NCBI GenBank assembly: GCA_028534125.1
Contig: CM052817.1
Location: 43,712,001-43,776,000 of the forward strand
Direction: 5' to 3'
Length of the DNA stretch: 64,000 nt
Origin: Lama glama
Taxonomy: Eukaryota
This document shows, in pieces, positions 50,440-63,625 of this stretch; positions within the stretch are counted from its first letter, which is position 1, and every line of letters starts with the position of its first letter. A program made the position numbers and the translations under genes. The notes beneath the pieces are model-generated. The model was not told where the DNA came from and did no database searches. It saw only the letters and a program-made list of their open reading frames with translations.

Positions 50440-50932
50440 TGTACTGTCCTAGCATTATAGCCATCACTAACAGGTAGCTACTGAGCTCTTCGGATATGGC
50501 TAGGACAAACTGAGATGGCTCCAAGTATAAAACACTAGACTCCACCTGGCGGGAAAAAATACTGTAAAATATGTCAATAATTTATATATACATATACACA
50601 CACACACACACACACATATATATACATACATATATATATAAATTATTGGTGTGTGTGTATATATATATATATTATATATATTAGTGACCACACAGCAGGT
50701 CTTCAACATTGGTGTGTGTGTATATGTATATAATATATATATACACACACACCAATAATTTTGTAGTGATTACGTGTTGAAATAATATTTTGGATATATT
50801 GGGCTAAATAAATTATAAGAATTAATTTCTCCTGTTTTGTCTTATGGTTTTTAATGTGGCTATTAAAAAATTTAAAAACATGTATGTGACTTGGGTTTGT
50901 GGCTTACACTGTATTTCTATTCAACAATGCTG
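50440..50932. mobile_element. hAT-Charlie MER33-like element containing a complex microsatellite insertion
   Basis: CTGTACTGTCC..AACTGAGATG..AAATATGTCAATAATTT..GTTGAAATAATATTTTGGATATATTGGG..TTTCTATTCAACAATGCTG. Confidence 0.8.
50584..50752. repeat. (TA)n/(CA)n/(TG)n compound microsatellite with inverted repeats
   Basis: Directly visible in the sequence; see the corresponding finding. Confidence 0.95.
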
Positions 50933-51426
50933 AGTTAAAGGATTCCTTCAGCAATCTTTGTAAAATGATGAAAGCTTAAACTAACTTAGATATAATCTGA
51001 GTGAGCTTATAGAAGAGATATAAAGATTAGGATCATTAGGTCATGCTGATGGTTGGATAAGAATGGACAATGAGTGGCAAGAGTTAAGGATGGCTCCCAT
51101 GTATCTACCTTGGGCAACTGAATGGACACTAGTGATCCTCAAAGAGATAGGAGAGGAGCACATGTAAGAAGAGTTCAATTTTGGATAACTGAATTTGAAA
51201 GCCTCAACACCCAGCTGGAAAAGTTGGCTAGGCAGATGTATATACGAATGTGGAGTTCAGGAGACAGAGCTGGTGAATTAACACATTTGACGATCATCAG
51301 ACTACATGTTGTGTTTAAAGCACTGGGTACAACTGAGAATGCCCAGAGGAAAAAGAGGACTGAGGAGCAACCTGTAACAAATACAGACTTTACAGGCTAT
51401 CATGCAAATACTAACTTATTTTCTAA

Positions 51427-51715
51427 GGCAGTGTTTCCCAAACTATGTTTTGCAGAACATTAATTCCGTAAGATACTCCTAAGGAAAAAAGAAAAAACAT
51501 TCTGTGGCAAAATGCTGGGAAAAACATTGCCCAGTAGAGATTATAATACACAGTAACATATTACCATATTAAAGGCTCTGAGACATCTGATAATGAAGAA
51601 GGCTCTTTCAGCTAGCATGTTCATCATATTTGACTACAGAAATCTTCCTTTTCTCCCAATGATACTTGTTAGTATCTTAAGAAACACACTCAAGGAACAC
51701 ACTGAAAAGTGTTTT
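51427..51715. mobile_element. hAT-Charlie MER103-like element
   Basis: CAGTGTTTCCCAAACTATGTTTTGCAGAACA..CATATTAAAGGCTCTGAGA..ATATTTGACTACAGAA..GGAACACACTGAAAAG. Confidence 0.75.
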
Positions 51716-52619
51716 TCTACTGAAATCTAATACTTTAGTAAGATAAAAGGTCAAACAAAATTATAGCAAATGTATGGCTTTTAGAGCATATTTATAAAGA
51801 AATTACTTTGTCATTTCTGTCAAATAGATATATTTTTCTAGGTTCCTCTATGCAAGCATCAGCATATTTGGGGACATTTCACGCTTTTTAGAATTTAAAG
51901 TGCTTAAATTAAAATAAATACCAGATTTTCCATTAGTAGCTTACTATCAATGCTAAAAAACTGTTACAAATTCATTACAAAGAAAACTTCTTCTTTAAGT
52001 TGAATATAGGCTATCTGATGGTCTAATAAAAGATTATCCTGTAAAAACAAAGTCTGAAGGACAGAAATAATTTTCCATGGCAGCCATTAAAATTGAGAAG
52101 AGGCACAGTTGTTTTTTCCCTTATAAACTGCTTATTTAGTTAAAAAATGTGCAAGCCACTATAGCTCACATTACTTATGGTGACTTTGGTATGCTGATTC
52201 AGAAAATGAGTTGGGTAATAACACACCTTATAAGAGGCAACAGATGGCATAACAGTTTCCCTTGCTTAGCAACTAATATGTTATCCACTATGGACACTGT
52301 CCAGATTTCCATGCTAATGTACAGTATAAGATCACTTAACAACAGGAAGCCCCAGCTCCGACAGCCAAGGGTATAGGTATAAGAGTCAGGTGTTACAAAA
52401 ATAACAACAGGCCATATCAAAACAAAGTTCAGGCTTAAATTTTACATTTCCTTTGGATTTAAGGTATCTTGAAATGCCATAGTTTTTAAAGTCATTTTAA
52501 AACCTGAATCATGCCATCACTTTGTATTTATGCAGTATACTTACAGAAGATGTTGAATAAATTGGATCTTACTTTTCCTCAAAAAATTCCTACATGATAG
52601 CTGAGGAGTTCGGGGAGGA

Positions 52620-52900
52620 AGGAAAAGCACTAGACATAAAATATCTGGTTCTTGGACTCACTAGCTGATTTATATGGAGTAAATACTTAACTTCAAGTCT
52701 CTATTTCCACATTAGTAAATTAACAGTATCTATCAGTCCTACCCACTTCACAGGAGTATTGTGAGGACCTAAACAAAACAGAGTTCAGTAGGATATAAGC
52801 TCAATGAAGTCACAGATTTCTGTCTTTTGGGGTTCACTGCTATATCTGTAATACCTAGAAGTGTACCTGCACACAGTAATCATTCAGTGACTGTTGTGAA
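52620..52900 (+). mobile_element. MIR fragment followed by an L2 3' fragment
   Basis: CCTACCCACTTCACAGGAGTATTGTGAGGAC, then TAAGCTCAATGAAG..GTTCACTGCTATATCTGTAATACCTAGAAGTGTACCTGCACACAGTA. Confidence 0.65.
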
Positions 52901-54729
52901 AATATCTTGAATATTATAGAGATGCAACGTATTACAAGCAAGTATCATTGTCACTAAACTACAGAAGGGAAAAAAGGCAGGAAGATGGTAAGTGGCTTGC
53001 TCAAGTTATTTCTTAAGTCAGAATGGAGTTAAGACTAGATTTCAAGATAGGTCTCTTGACATTTTATTTATTTGACCATTCAATTATTTTAAGAGTACAT
53101 ACTACAGTTTTTTTTCAGAGGGTATAGTACACACCAGGCATGGTTCTAGGAACTGGATATATAGTGGTAAAAATATCTACATGAGAGTCACATATGGGAC
53201 ACAGATATTAAATAAATGAACACACAAATTGTAATAAGCACTATAAAGGAAGAACAGCATCTGATGAGAAAACAACAGAGAGTGAAGGTTCCCTAACTTA
53301 CATCTAGACTATATGTTTAAGATAAAATTTATTAACAAAATCAGCTCACTCTTTTGACAAGATGTGTGTTTTTAGAGAATATTCATTCATTTTTACATAT
53401 ATCACTATTTCAAGCTATCACCAAATCAGGAGCTTATCAATATCACCTAGAATTAATCATCCAAGACAGATCTATTAAAATAAACATCTGGAAAAACAAT
53501 GACAGTATTATTCACTTACCCCTACCATTTTAGTTCTCACAACTAGAAGCTCAATGATGTTTATTGACCTTAATAATAAAACTTGGCTATTAAGTCTCAA
53601 AAAAGTGCCTTCAAAATTATAAACTATTGTTAAACAAAATTCACATTATGCTCTACTTTTAGTAAGCACTCAAAGGGTTTCACTGTATTGCATTTTATTC
53701 TTTTAGAATGTTGAGGGTTATCATTGGTATACTCAAACATCATTTTCCCATGGGAACACATATTTGTTAAATGAGTAGCTTTCTTTTGTAAATGGATTTT
53801 TTTCCAAGCTAAAGACATGTAATGAAGGCTCTGATTTATTATTTCCTTGAATTCTCAATGAATCCATTGAGATGACTTGACAAGTCCACCTGCTTTTTTT
53901 AATGGTTAATTTAGGCTTTTAATCTATGCAAAATTACCTTCTACTTTGCAGGCAATATTGGGAGAAGAGTAAAAGTTGAAATCAACCCTTTCTTTTAAAA
54001 TGAACATAAAGGGAACATTGTATTTTGGATTAAAGAGCAATTGCTGGCATATACACTCTCTTAGCATGACGTGGTTGATGGCCAGAATTTTAAGGTCAGA
54101 TACTGCCAATCATCAGTAAGTTTTTTAAAATTTAGTAATAATAAAGGCAGAAGCATTTTACTAAACAATTTAACAGTAAAAAATAATCCAAACTTTGTGG
54201 GTAAAAACTGGATTTATATGACAAGACTTCCATTTACATGGAAGTAGAAAAATAGATTTAAATACCCATCAGAAAAGGGTGTGATAGACTTTTAAAAATC
54301 TTGTATAAGAGAGTAAGTTTTCAAAATCTTTCTGTTCAATACTCTGTTACTGTAAGAAACTATAATTTATAATCTTAAATAACTTCTACCCAGAATCATT
54401 AATTTCTTTTTTAATCAACTTTACTGAGGTATAATTTATATTTTAATAAAGTGCCCATTTTAAGCATACAGTCAGTTCTTCCATAACTCAGCCCAAGTAG
54501 TCCTAAAAATCATAATGCTATACAAATTCCCTCAATAAAAAAAGAAGGACCCAGAGGGAAAACGAGGTTAGAAGAATAATGAAGACTGTCATTCACACAC
54601 ACAAAACCAAAAGAACAGGAGGAGGGAAAGGGAGAAAGGAGAGGGAAAGGAAGGGGGAGGAGGAGCTAAAGGAGGAAAAAAGATATTACCTAATAAAAAG
54701 GTAGCACATTTTAACAACTTTAAACCAGT

Positions 54730-57360
54730 TAGAGCTAAAAGACACAGAACATTCTACTCAGCAAGTACACGTACAGCATTCTCTAGGACAGACCATATGA
54801 CAAACCTCAATAAATTTAAAAGGATTGAAATCATACCAACTGCGTTCTCCAACTACCACAATTGAAATTAAAAATTAATAACAAGAAAATTTAGGAAACT
54901 AACAAAGACATAGAAGTTAAATAATACACTACTAAATAACCAATGGGTCAAAGAAGAAAATACTTTGAGATGAATGAAAATGAAAATACAACATACCAAA
55001 ACTTATGGTATACAGCTGAAGTGAAAGTTTAAATGCCTACATTAAAAAAGAAAAAGGATATCAAATCAATAACCTAAACTACCACCTTAAGACACTAGAA
55101 AAACATGAGTAAATTAAACCTATAGCAAGCAGAAGGAGGGACATAATAGAGTAGTAATAAATCAAATAGAGAATAGAAAAATAACAGAGACAACTAATGA
55201 AAACAAACCCTTGGTTCTTTGAAAAAATCAATAAAACCAACAAACTTTAAACACATCACTATTGACCATACAGAAAAGGATAATAAGGGAATACTATGAA
55301 CAAGTGTATGGCAACAAATTAGGTAACTTAGATGAAATGGACAAATTCCTCGAAAGGCACAAACTACCAAACTAACTTAAGAAGTAAAAGAAAATCCAAA
55401 TAGACCTAGAACAAATAAAGATATTAAATTAGAAATAAAAAATTACCTAGAAGAAAAGCTCAGACCTAGATGGCTTCACTGGTTAATTCAACCAAGCATT
55501 TTCTTAAACAATAACTTTTCACAAACTGTCATAAAAATAGGAAAGAGAGCATTTCCCAACTCATCCTAAGAGGCCAGTATTACCCCAATACGAAAACCAC
55601 TCAAAGATTTCACAAGAAAGAAAAGTACATACCAATATTTCCTACGAATATAGAAGCAAAATTGCTCAACACAATACTAGCAAACTGAATCCAGCAATAC
55701 ATAAATAAACAGGATTATACAACATAATCAAGAGGGATTTATCTCAAAAATGCAAGGTTGACTTAACATCCAAAAACCAATGAATATGGCATGTCAATAG
55801 AATAAAGGACAATTCCCACAGAATCATCACAATAGATGCAGAACAAGCCTTTACAAATTTTCAACACTAGTTCATAATAAAAATACTCAAAAAACTAAGA
55901 ATAGAAGGAAACTTCCTCAACATTTAATAAAGGGCATCTACAAAAACACTCAGCTAATCATACTTAATGATGAAAAATTGAGTGCCTTTCTCCTAATATC
56001 AGAAACAAGGCAAGGATGTCCCCTCTTGGCATTTCTATTCAACACTGAACTGTAGTTTCTAGTCAGAGAGATTAGAGCGAAAAAATGAAATAAAAAGCAT
56101 CTATATTGGGAAAAAAAAAAAGCAAAATTATGTCTATTCACAGATGACATATAGAATGTTCCTGAATAAAGAAAATCCTAAGGAATACACATACACACAC
56201 ACATATACAATTAAGAGTAATATCGAGTTCAATAAGATTACTGAATACAAGAGCAATACACAAATACAAAAGTCAATTGTAGGTCTATACAATACCAATG
56301 AATAATTCAAAAGTGAAATTGAAAAAATAATTCCATTCATAAGAACATCAAAAAGAAAATACTTACGAATAAATTTAACAAAAGTGCAAGTCTTGTGCAG
56401 CAAAAAGTACAACGTATCACGGAAGAAAATAAAGACCTAAATAAATGGAAATGCATTCTGTATTCATAGACAGAAAAACTTAATATTATTAAGATAGAAA
56501 TACTCTTCTAATTGATCTACAAATTCAACACAACCTCTAGATTCCACAACCACCACAGATTCTAGCAAAACTCTAGCTGAGGAGAAAAAGCGCATCTTTA
56601 GCCATCAGGGAAATGCAAATCAAAACCATAGTAAGATACCAATTCACATCCACTAGGATGGCTATAATCCAAAAGACAGATTAATGACAAGTGCTGGTAA
56701 TGATGTGGAGAAACTGGAATGCTCACATGCTGCTGGTGGGAATATGATACAGCCACCTTGGAAAACAGCCTAGAATATCCTCCAAAGATTAAACAGAGTT
56801 AACATTTGGCCCAGCAATTCCACTGTTAGGTATATACTCGGTGAAATAAAAACATATGTCCACAAAAAACTTGTACACAAATAACATAGTACCATTGTTC
56901 ACAACAGTCAAATAATGGAAACAATCCAAATGTTCATCAGTTGACAAATGGTTAAACAAAATGTGATGTAGCCATACAACAGACTATTATTCAATAATAA
57001 AAATAAATGAAGCACTGATACATGCTATAAGCATAGACAGATCTTGAAAACATTATGCTAAGTGAAAGAACCCAGTCACAAAAGACCACATATGATTCCA
57101 TTTATATGGAATGTCCAGAATAGACAAATTCAGAGATAGAGTTTACTGGTTGCCTAGGGCTGGGGGAGGGTATGTTGGAAAAATGAAGAATGACTGGATA
57201 GATTTCTTTTTGGGGTTATGAAAATGTTCTCAGATTCATTATGGTGATGGTTGTACAACTCTGAAAACACTAAAACAAAACAAGCAAACCCTGAATCTAT
57301 ACTTTGAGTGGGTGAATTATATGGCATGTGAATTATATCTTAATAAAGCTGCTATAAAAT
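54730..57360 (+). mobile_element. Old L1 (L1MB-like) ORF2 and 3'UTR with an internal deletion near 56560
   Basis: TAAATAACCAATGGGTCAAAGAAG, GATGAAATGGACAAATTCCT, AAGGCAAGGATGTCCC, TTCACAGATGACAT; 3' end ATGGCATGTGAATTATATCTTAATAAAGCTG. Confidence 0.92.
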
Positions 57361-57369
57361 TCCAATTAA

Positions 57370-59700
57370 AAATAAAATGCACAAATAGAGAAAAATCAAT
57401 GAATCTAAAGCTAACTTTTTAAAAAGATCAATAAAATAAACTAGCTTAGAAGAATCAAGAAAAAAACCCCAAAGACATGAATTACCAGTATAGAAATCAA
57501 AGAAGCATACCACCATAGATTCTATATATACTAAAAAAATAATAAAGGGATATATTAAACACATTTACTGTAATAAATTTGACAACTTAGAAGAAACAGA
57601 TCAAGTCCTTGTTAGCCAAAATTTACGAAACCAAAGCTGGCACACATACACAAAATTAAATATCTGAATAGCCCTGTATCATTTGAATAAATGGAATTAA
57701 TGACTGCAGTCTTCCCACAAAAAAATACCCTAGCTACAGATGCACTGACTGGTGAATTGTATCCAATGTTTGAGGAAGACATAATAGTTGTATCACAGAA
57801 AGTTTAAGAAAATAGAGGGACTACTCAACTCAGTATGAGTTCATCATTACCCTGATATCAAAAGTAAAGCTATTACAAGAAAAGAAAATTAAAACTGATC
57901 TCCCTCCTGAGCCTAGTCAGAAAAGCTCCTAATAAAATATTATCAAATCAAAATGAGCAACATATAAAAAGGATAATGCATCATGACCAAGGGGGATTTA
58001 TCCCAGTAAAGGAAGGTTGGTCTAACCTTTGGAAAATAAACCAGACTGAAAAAGAAAGTCCACATGGTTCTCTACATGGATTCAGAAAGAGCACTTGATA
58101 AAATTTATCCCCTACTCATGAACAACAACAACAAAAATTCTCAGCAAATTAGGCATAGAAAGGAATTTCCTTAAACTTGCTGAGAGCCATTAAAGAAGAT
58201 TTAAGTAAGATGAGAGATGTACCAGTCATGGAAGGCTCAGAATTATTAAGGTACCAGATCTCTCTACATTAGAATATAGATTCAATGAAATCTCAATCAA
58301 AATCCCAGAAATCCTTTTTGTAGAAATTGACAAGTTGATTCTAAAATTTTTATAGGAATACAAATAACCTAAAACAGCCAGAACAAATTTTTTAAAAAAG
58401 AACAAAGTTGGAGTGCTTACATTTTCTGACTTAAAGACTTACCAAAAATTACAGCTATTAGGACAGTGTGGTATTAATATAATGAAAGACAAATAGATCA
58501 GTGGGACAAAATAGAGAGTTCAACAATAGATCCACACATATATGGTTAATAAATTTTTGACCAAGGTACCAAGTCTAGGGAAATAGATGGTCTTTTTAAC
58601 AAATGGTGCTAGGGTAGTTGGATTATAACTTATTAACCTTATAAAGGAAATGTAATAGAGGAAAATACAGAAGAAAAATTTTGCAACTTTTATGAGGGAA
58701 AAGATATATTAGGACATAGAAAGCACTAACCATACAAGAAATATCAATAAAATAGACTTAAAAATTATAAAATAGACTTTAAAATAATAAAATTCTGCTC
58801 CTTGAAAGATACAACTAAGAAAATGAAGTCAGTCCTCAACTGGAAGAAAATATTTGCAACACATATATCTGACAAAGGGCTTGAAACCAGATAATATAAA
58901 GTACCTTTACAATTCAATAAGAAGACAAAGAATCTGATTTTCAAAAGGGCAAAAGATTTGAATAGACACTTTGTACTAATTACCAAAGGAGATAGAAGAA
59001 TAGCTAATTAGCACATAAAAAGAAGCTCAACATTAGTAGTCACCAGGGAAATGCAAATTAAAATCACAATGAGAACCACTACACACCCACTAGAACAGCT
59101 AAAATTAAACATTAAAAATCCAACTATTCCGGAGGATATGAAGCAATTTCAACTTTCAGACACTGCTGGTGGGGGTATAAAATGGTACAACCACTTTGGA
59201 GACCCATTTGGTTGTTTCTTATGAAAGCTGTTACTTACCATAAGACCTAGCAGTTCCATTATTTATTCAAGGGGGAAGAAAGCAAATGTCCACCAAAAAA
59301 GGCATGTACATTAATGTTCATAGAAATTTTATTCATAATAGCCACAAAATGGAAACAACACAAATACCCATTAACAGGTGAATGAATGGATAAATACATT
59401 TGGTATATCTATACAATGGAAAATATTTCAGCAAAACAAAAAATGCTCTATCGATACATACAGTAAGATGGATGAATTTTAATGTGTTAAAACATATATC
59501 ACAGTGTTTGATCCATTCATGTGAAATTCCACAGCAAGCAAAACTATAGTGACAGAACACAAATTTATTGTTGCTTGGAGCTTAAGGCAAGAATCAGTAC
59601 AAACTGAACAACTAATCTTTGGGCAGTAATGGAAATGTTCTGTATCTTGATTTTCATCATGGTCAGATGGATGTAAACTTTTGTCATACTTAGTGAACTA
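57370..59700 (+). mobile_element. Older L1 (L1MC/ME-like) ORF2 and 3'UTR, degraded
   Basis: AAATTTGACAACTTAGAAGAA, TTGACAAGTTGATTCTAAAATTT, AAGAACAAAGTTGGAG, GGGAAATGCAAATTAAAATCACAATGAGA. Confidence 0.88.
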
Positions 59701-59702
59701 TA

Positions 59703-59875
59703 TAGTCAGTTCTTCAACAATGCTTGTTTTTGAAAATGCAAACTTGTTCCAACACAATGGTAAAAAATTTTAATATTAACTTGACTTTTGATTTCACATG
59801 TGATTACATCCACTAAAAATACTAGATGAATACAGAAAACTACACCCAACTGAAATGAGCCATGTATATCACACC
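59703..59875 (+). mobile_element. Tigger-family DNA transposon fragment (Tigger13a-like)
   Basis: AGTCAGTTCT..AATGCTTGTTTTTGAAAATGCAAACTTGTTCCAACAC..ACTAGATGAATACAGAAAACTACACCCAACTGAA. Confidence 0.7.
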
Positions 59876-59899
59876 ATTTGTGCTATTTCATATTTCACT

Positions 59900-61710
59900 T
59901 CAAATTGTTATAAACCCCACCACACACTGTTATTACATTTGCTTTTAAAAAGGTTATTTTTTAAAGAAATGATAAAAATTAGGAAAGCATTTTTGTATTT
60001 TTCCACATATTTACCATTTCTGGCATTCTTCATTTGTATGGAAGTGGGTTTGTACTGATAGCAGTTTTCGTCCTCTAGGACTTCCTTTAACATTTCTTGT
60101 AATTCAGGTCTGCTGAAAATAAATTCACTGTGCTTCTATTTGTCAAAAAATCATCTTTATGTTGTTCTCATTTTTGAAGGTTATTTTCACTTAACAGAAT
60201 CCTAAGTTAACTTTTTTTTAAGCATGTTAAAGTTATCATTCCATTCCTTGTCTGCCTTGCATTATTTCTGACAAGAAATCATCAGTAACTCTTATCTTGG
60301 CACTCCTGTATTTAATGTTTCTTTTTCCTCTGGCTGCTTTTAAGAGTTTTACTTTACCATTGGTTCTCAACAAATTGAATATAATATGCCTTAGAATAGT
60401 TTTCCTTTCAATTATCCAACTTGGAATTTGTTTTCTTAGATTTAGAAATCATAATTTTTATCCTGTTTGTTAAAAATTAAGCCATTATTCCTTCAAATAT
60501 ATTTTCAGGCTCCTCTCGCCTGCCCTTTTCAGGTACTCCAATTATCCATGTTAGATCACTTTGAATATTTCTCAGTAACTAAGGATCTGGCCTTTTAATT
60601 ACTATTGTTATTTTCATTCTGTACCTCAATTTGTATAGTTTCTATTGCAGTATCTTCAAGTTCACACTTCTTTTCTTCTGTGGTGGCTAATCAGCTAAAC
60701 CCATAGGTGAATTTTCCATTCAGATATTGCATTTCTAAATTGCATTGCAGCCCTGAAGTTCCCTTTGTCTTTTTTTGAATATCTTCCATTTCTCTCCTCA
60801 TTATGCTCATGTGTTCCATTGTATTCATGAACATACTTACTACAGTTGTTTTTAAAGCCCTTATCGGATACTTCATTCATCTCCATAACTTTGGAGTCAG
60901 TCTCTATTGATTTATTTTTTTCATTTTCCTGCTTATTTGCATGTCATAATTTTTATTGGGTACCAAACACCATAAACGCTGTGTTCTTAAAATTCTGTAT
61001 TTTGCTTCTGCATTCAAAGAGTGTTGAATTTGACTGGCAGTTAAGTTACTAGCCAATCAGTCTGATCCTTTGAGATTGTTTTTAATTTGTCATTGGTGGT
61101 CCAGAGTAGCCTTTACTCTAGAGCTCTTTTACCCCAATTCGAAGGTACAACCCTGGGCTATCTACTGAATGCCCACGATTTTCAATAAGGTCCTGCCACT
61201 CTGGTTGTCAAAACTCAAATGTCTCTCAGCTACATGTAACTTCCGGGAATTGTTCAACTTACAGTTCCTCAGTAAGTCCTTTTAGTCTAGCCTTGTGGCA
61301 TTTCACTCGATGCGTGTGCACTTTAGCACACAGGGAAAGTCTCCGTGAAACCCTCCTGCAGATTCCTGGAGCTTCTAGGCACAGCTCTTCTATCTCTGGT
61401 GCCATGCCTCACAAACTGAAGCTGCCACAGCCTTCCCCAAATCTGGTCTCAGTGTCTTCTATTCAGAGACTGCCATGCTTCCCTTGGTTTCCCTTTTCCT
61501 ATGCAGGGTCTAGAAAGTGACACCAGGCAGAATGCTGAGGCTTTCGCATGACTCTTTTTCCCCCATCCATTCAGAGAGTACAGTCCTGTACTGCATGTTC
61601 TCCAGTGTCAGAACAGAGTTGCTTCATATATTTTGTCCAGTTTTCTAGGTGTTCACAGGTAGAGGGCAAGTCTGGTATATGTTATTCCGTTATGAGCAGA
61701 AAAGGAAAGC
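59900..61710 (-). mobile_element. Old L1M 5' region (5'UTR and ORF1)
   Basis: T-rich antisense ORF1 (ORF 60691-60876 ..MRREMEDIQKK); 5' end similar to 13017-13749 and 25640-26405. Confidence 0.8.
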
Positions 61711-61799
61711 TAGAATTTTTTTTGTAATCTAGTTTGAGCTATTTACGTGTTGAGGCTCACGGATTGTTCTAGTATTTATAACAGCAGCAGCTGACTGGA

Positions 61800-62030
61800 C
61801 CTTAACTTTATAAAGTAATTCATTTATATTACCTGATTAGTCTTCACAACACTCTTGAGTTAATAAAGGTGACCTTTCTTATGATTATGCTACAGCCAAA
61901 AAGATTGAGGCTCACAAGGCAAGTGAATGCTCAAAGTAACATATTTAGTAAGGGTTGAAGCTGAGAATATGACATTAGCATAATCTACTACTGCTAAAAC
62001 TTATCTCCTGGTTTCATCTATAACACTAAA
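61800..62030 (-). mobile_element. MIR fragment
   Basis: TAGTCTTCACAACACTCTTGAG..GATTGAGGCTCACAAGG..GCTCAAAGTAACATA. Confidence 0.55.
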
Positions 62031-62715
62031 CTCTTATTTTTCACCTCCTTCCTTCTTTATTCCCCTCAGGTTTTAATTGTCTTTTATCTTAGGTTTTAAT
62101 CATCAGCTTTATCATCTTAGTATGGCCAAAATTTTAGAAGCAGCAACTCATTTTTAAATTGCCACTCTGAAAAATGCTACTTGTAATTCACTACCATAAA
62201 TTACTTTTAATTTTAATTTCAAGTGACAAGCTATAATCAATACATATCATACCATAACCAATACCAAATAGACCAGATATGCCTTTAAAGGTCCCCCAAC
62301 CCCCAAAACTGTCAGCATTCATGTGTAACCCTGTGTCTTTATCATCTTTCCTCCTCTTTCAAATCATTTTCTCTAACTTACTTTGACCTATGAAGCTGCA
62401 GCAAACTCCTCAGAATTTTTCCGGGCCCCAAATGAAAAAAAAAAATCAATTAAATACTAAAATAGAAAGGAAAACAAAAATTTTTAAACTAAACAAGAAT
62501 CAAGTAAAAGTAAGCCAGCTCCTTAGTTAGCATGACTAAGGAATAGATTGAAATGATCCCTTTCTAAGAATGAGTCACATTTCTGTCTGTCTTACACAGG
62601 GCCAACTAACAATGGCAATACTTGAGAAAATGTTAAGACTCAGCTGATTACCTCACACCTTGAGGTACAGGATGAAAAGAGTGTTTTAATTTTCCATCAC
62701 ACTTTTGTTCAACAG

Positions 62716-62787
62716 GGTGACTACGTGGCAGACTATATTGAGGAGAAAAAATCTGAGACCACACAGAAATCAGCAGCAAAGCATTCT
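62716..62787 (+). other. Candidate 72-nt internal exon (unidentified transcript)
   Basis: Acceptor TTTTAATTTTCCATCACACTTTTGTTCAACAG| and donor TCT|GTGAGT; open in two frames, frame 0 = GDYVADYIEEKKSETTQKSAAKHS; peptide not recognised. Confidence 0.3.
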
Positions 62788-63174
62788 GTGAGTCACACCA
62801 TCTGTCATAATCTGCCTGGTTGGAAATGGGGGATGACAGAGTGTGAACCATGAATCTGTAGTCTCCGATCTAGGTTAAGAATAGTAATACTTGAAATTGC
62901 ATAATACATCAGAAACAGTAATTTTAAAACCTTATACACCCAATTTTACCGAACACGGGACTTAGATATAGAGTGGGTAATGTTCAAAACCAGGGTCTAG
63001 AGTCTGACGGAGGGCACTTTATTATATAGGATAATCCAAACAAAATTAATCCCTCCCCCAGAAGATAGTAACTTGTTAGAGTCAGAAAATAATTGATTTC
63101 TTCCATTTCTTTTAATCTTTTTTTAACAAAAAAGTTATTTTATAAATCCCATAAAACTCTAGATCACCATATAA

Positions 63175-63625
63175 TTTTTTTTTTTGAACAGGAATAAAAC
63201 AGAGGCTTTTAATACAAACAGCAGTTAAGACACATGGGGCTGGGAGGCCTAAGAGGACACGGGCAGGTGAGCCAGGAAGATGGTGACCCTGGGAGGAAAG
63301 AAGGCACAGGGCTTCTCCTGGGAAAACTATCTGACCCTTGTGGCTCCCACTCCAGTCTCTGCCCAGACCAGTGGCCAAGATCCAAGAGACAAGCCCCTGT
63401 ATTGTGTTTCTCAGGTGCTCCCTTTTCCCAAAGGGTATGTGGGCCCAGATGCAGGGAGGGGATAGTGGAGAAGGGCAGGCCTGGGCTGGGGCAGGGGAGA
63501 GCCTGCAAGAACCAGACCTGGAAATAGCCCTAGAAGAAAACTCAGGAACTGACATGCCAACACCCCCTCACTCCTAGGACAGGTCTGCCCAACCAGGCTT
63601 CCGCCCAATCTAAGAGCCAACTGTA
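63175..63625 (-). pseudogene. Probable 5'-truncated processed retrocopy of a GC-rich mRNA 3'UTR
   Basis: On the minus strand ATTAAA (63213-63208) lies 22 nt before an A11 tail (63185-63175). The block is abruptly GC-rich in AT-rich flanks and is not a repeat I recognise. No TSD found; 5' boundary approximate. Confidence 0.55.

Larger units (their letters stand above)
49890..51400 (-). mobile_element. L2 LINE (antisense), interrupted by MER33
   Basis: TCAAGGAGCTTCCACTCTAG..TCAGGGAAGATTTCCTGAAAGAAGTGA..GAGTTCAATTTTGGATAACTGAATTTGA..TGTGGAGTTCAGGAGACAGAGCTGG. Confidence 0.78.

Noticed and set aside
63112..63620. Cluster of six overlapping ORFs on both strands
   Set aside because: Expected from fewer stop codons in a GC-rich block; none resembles a known protein.
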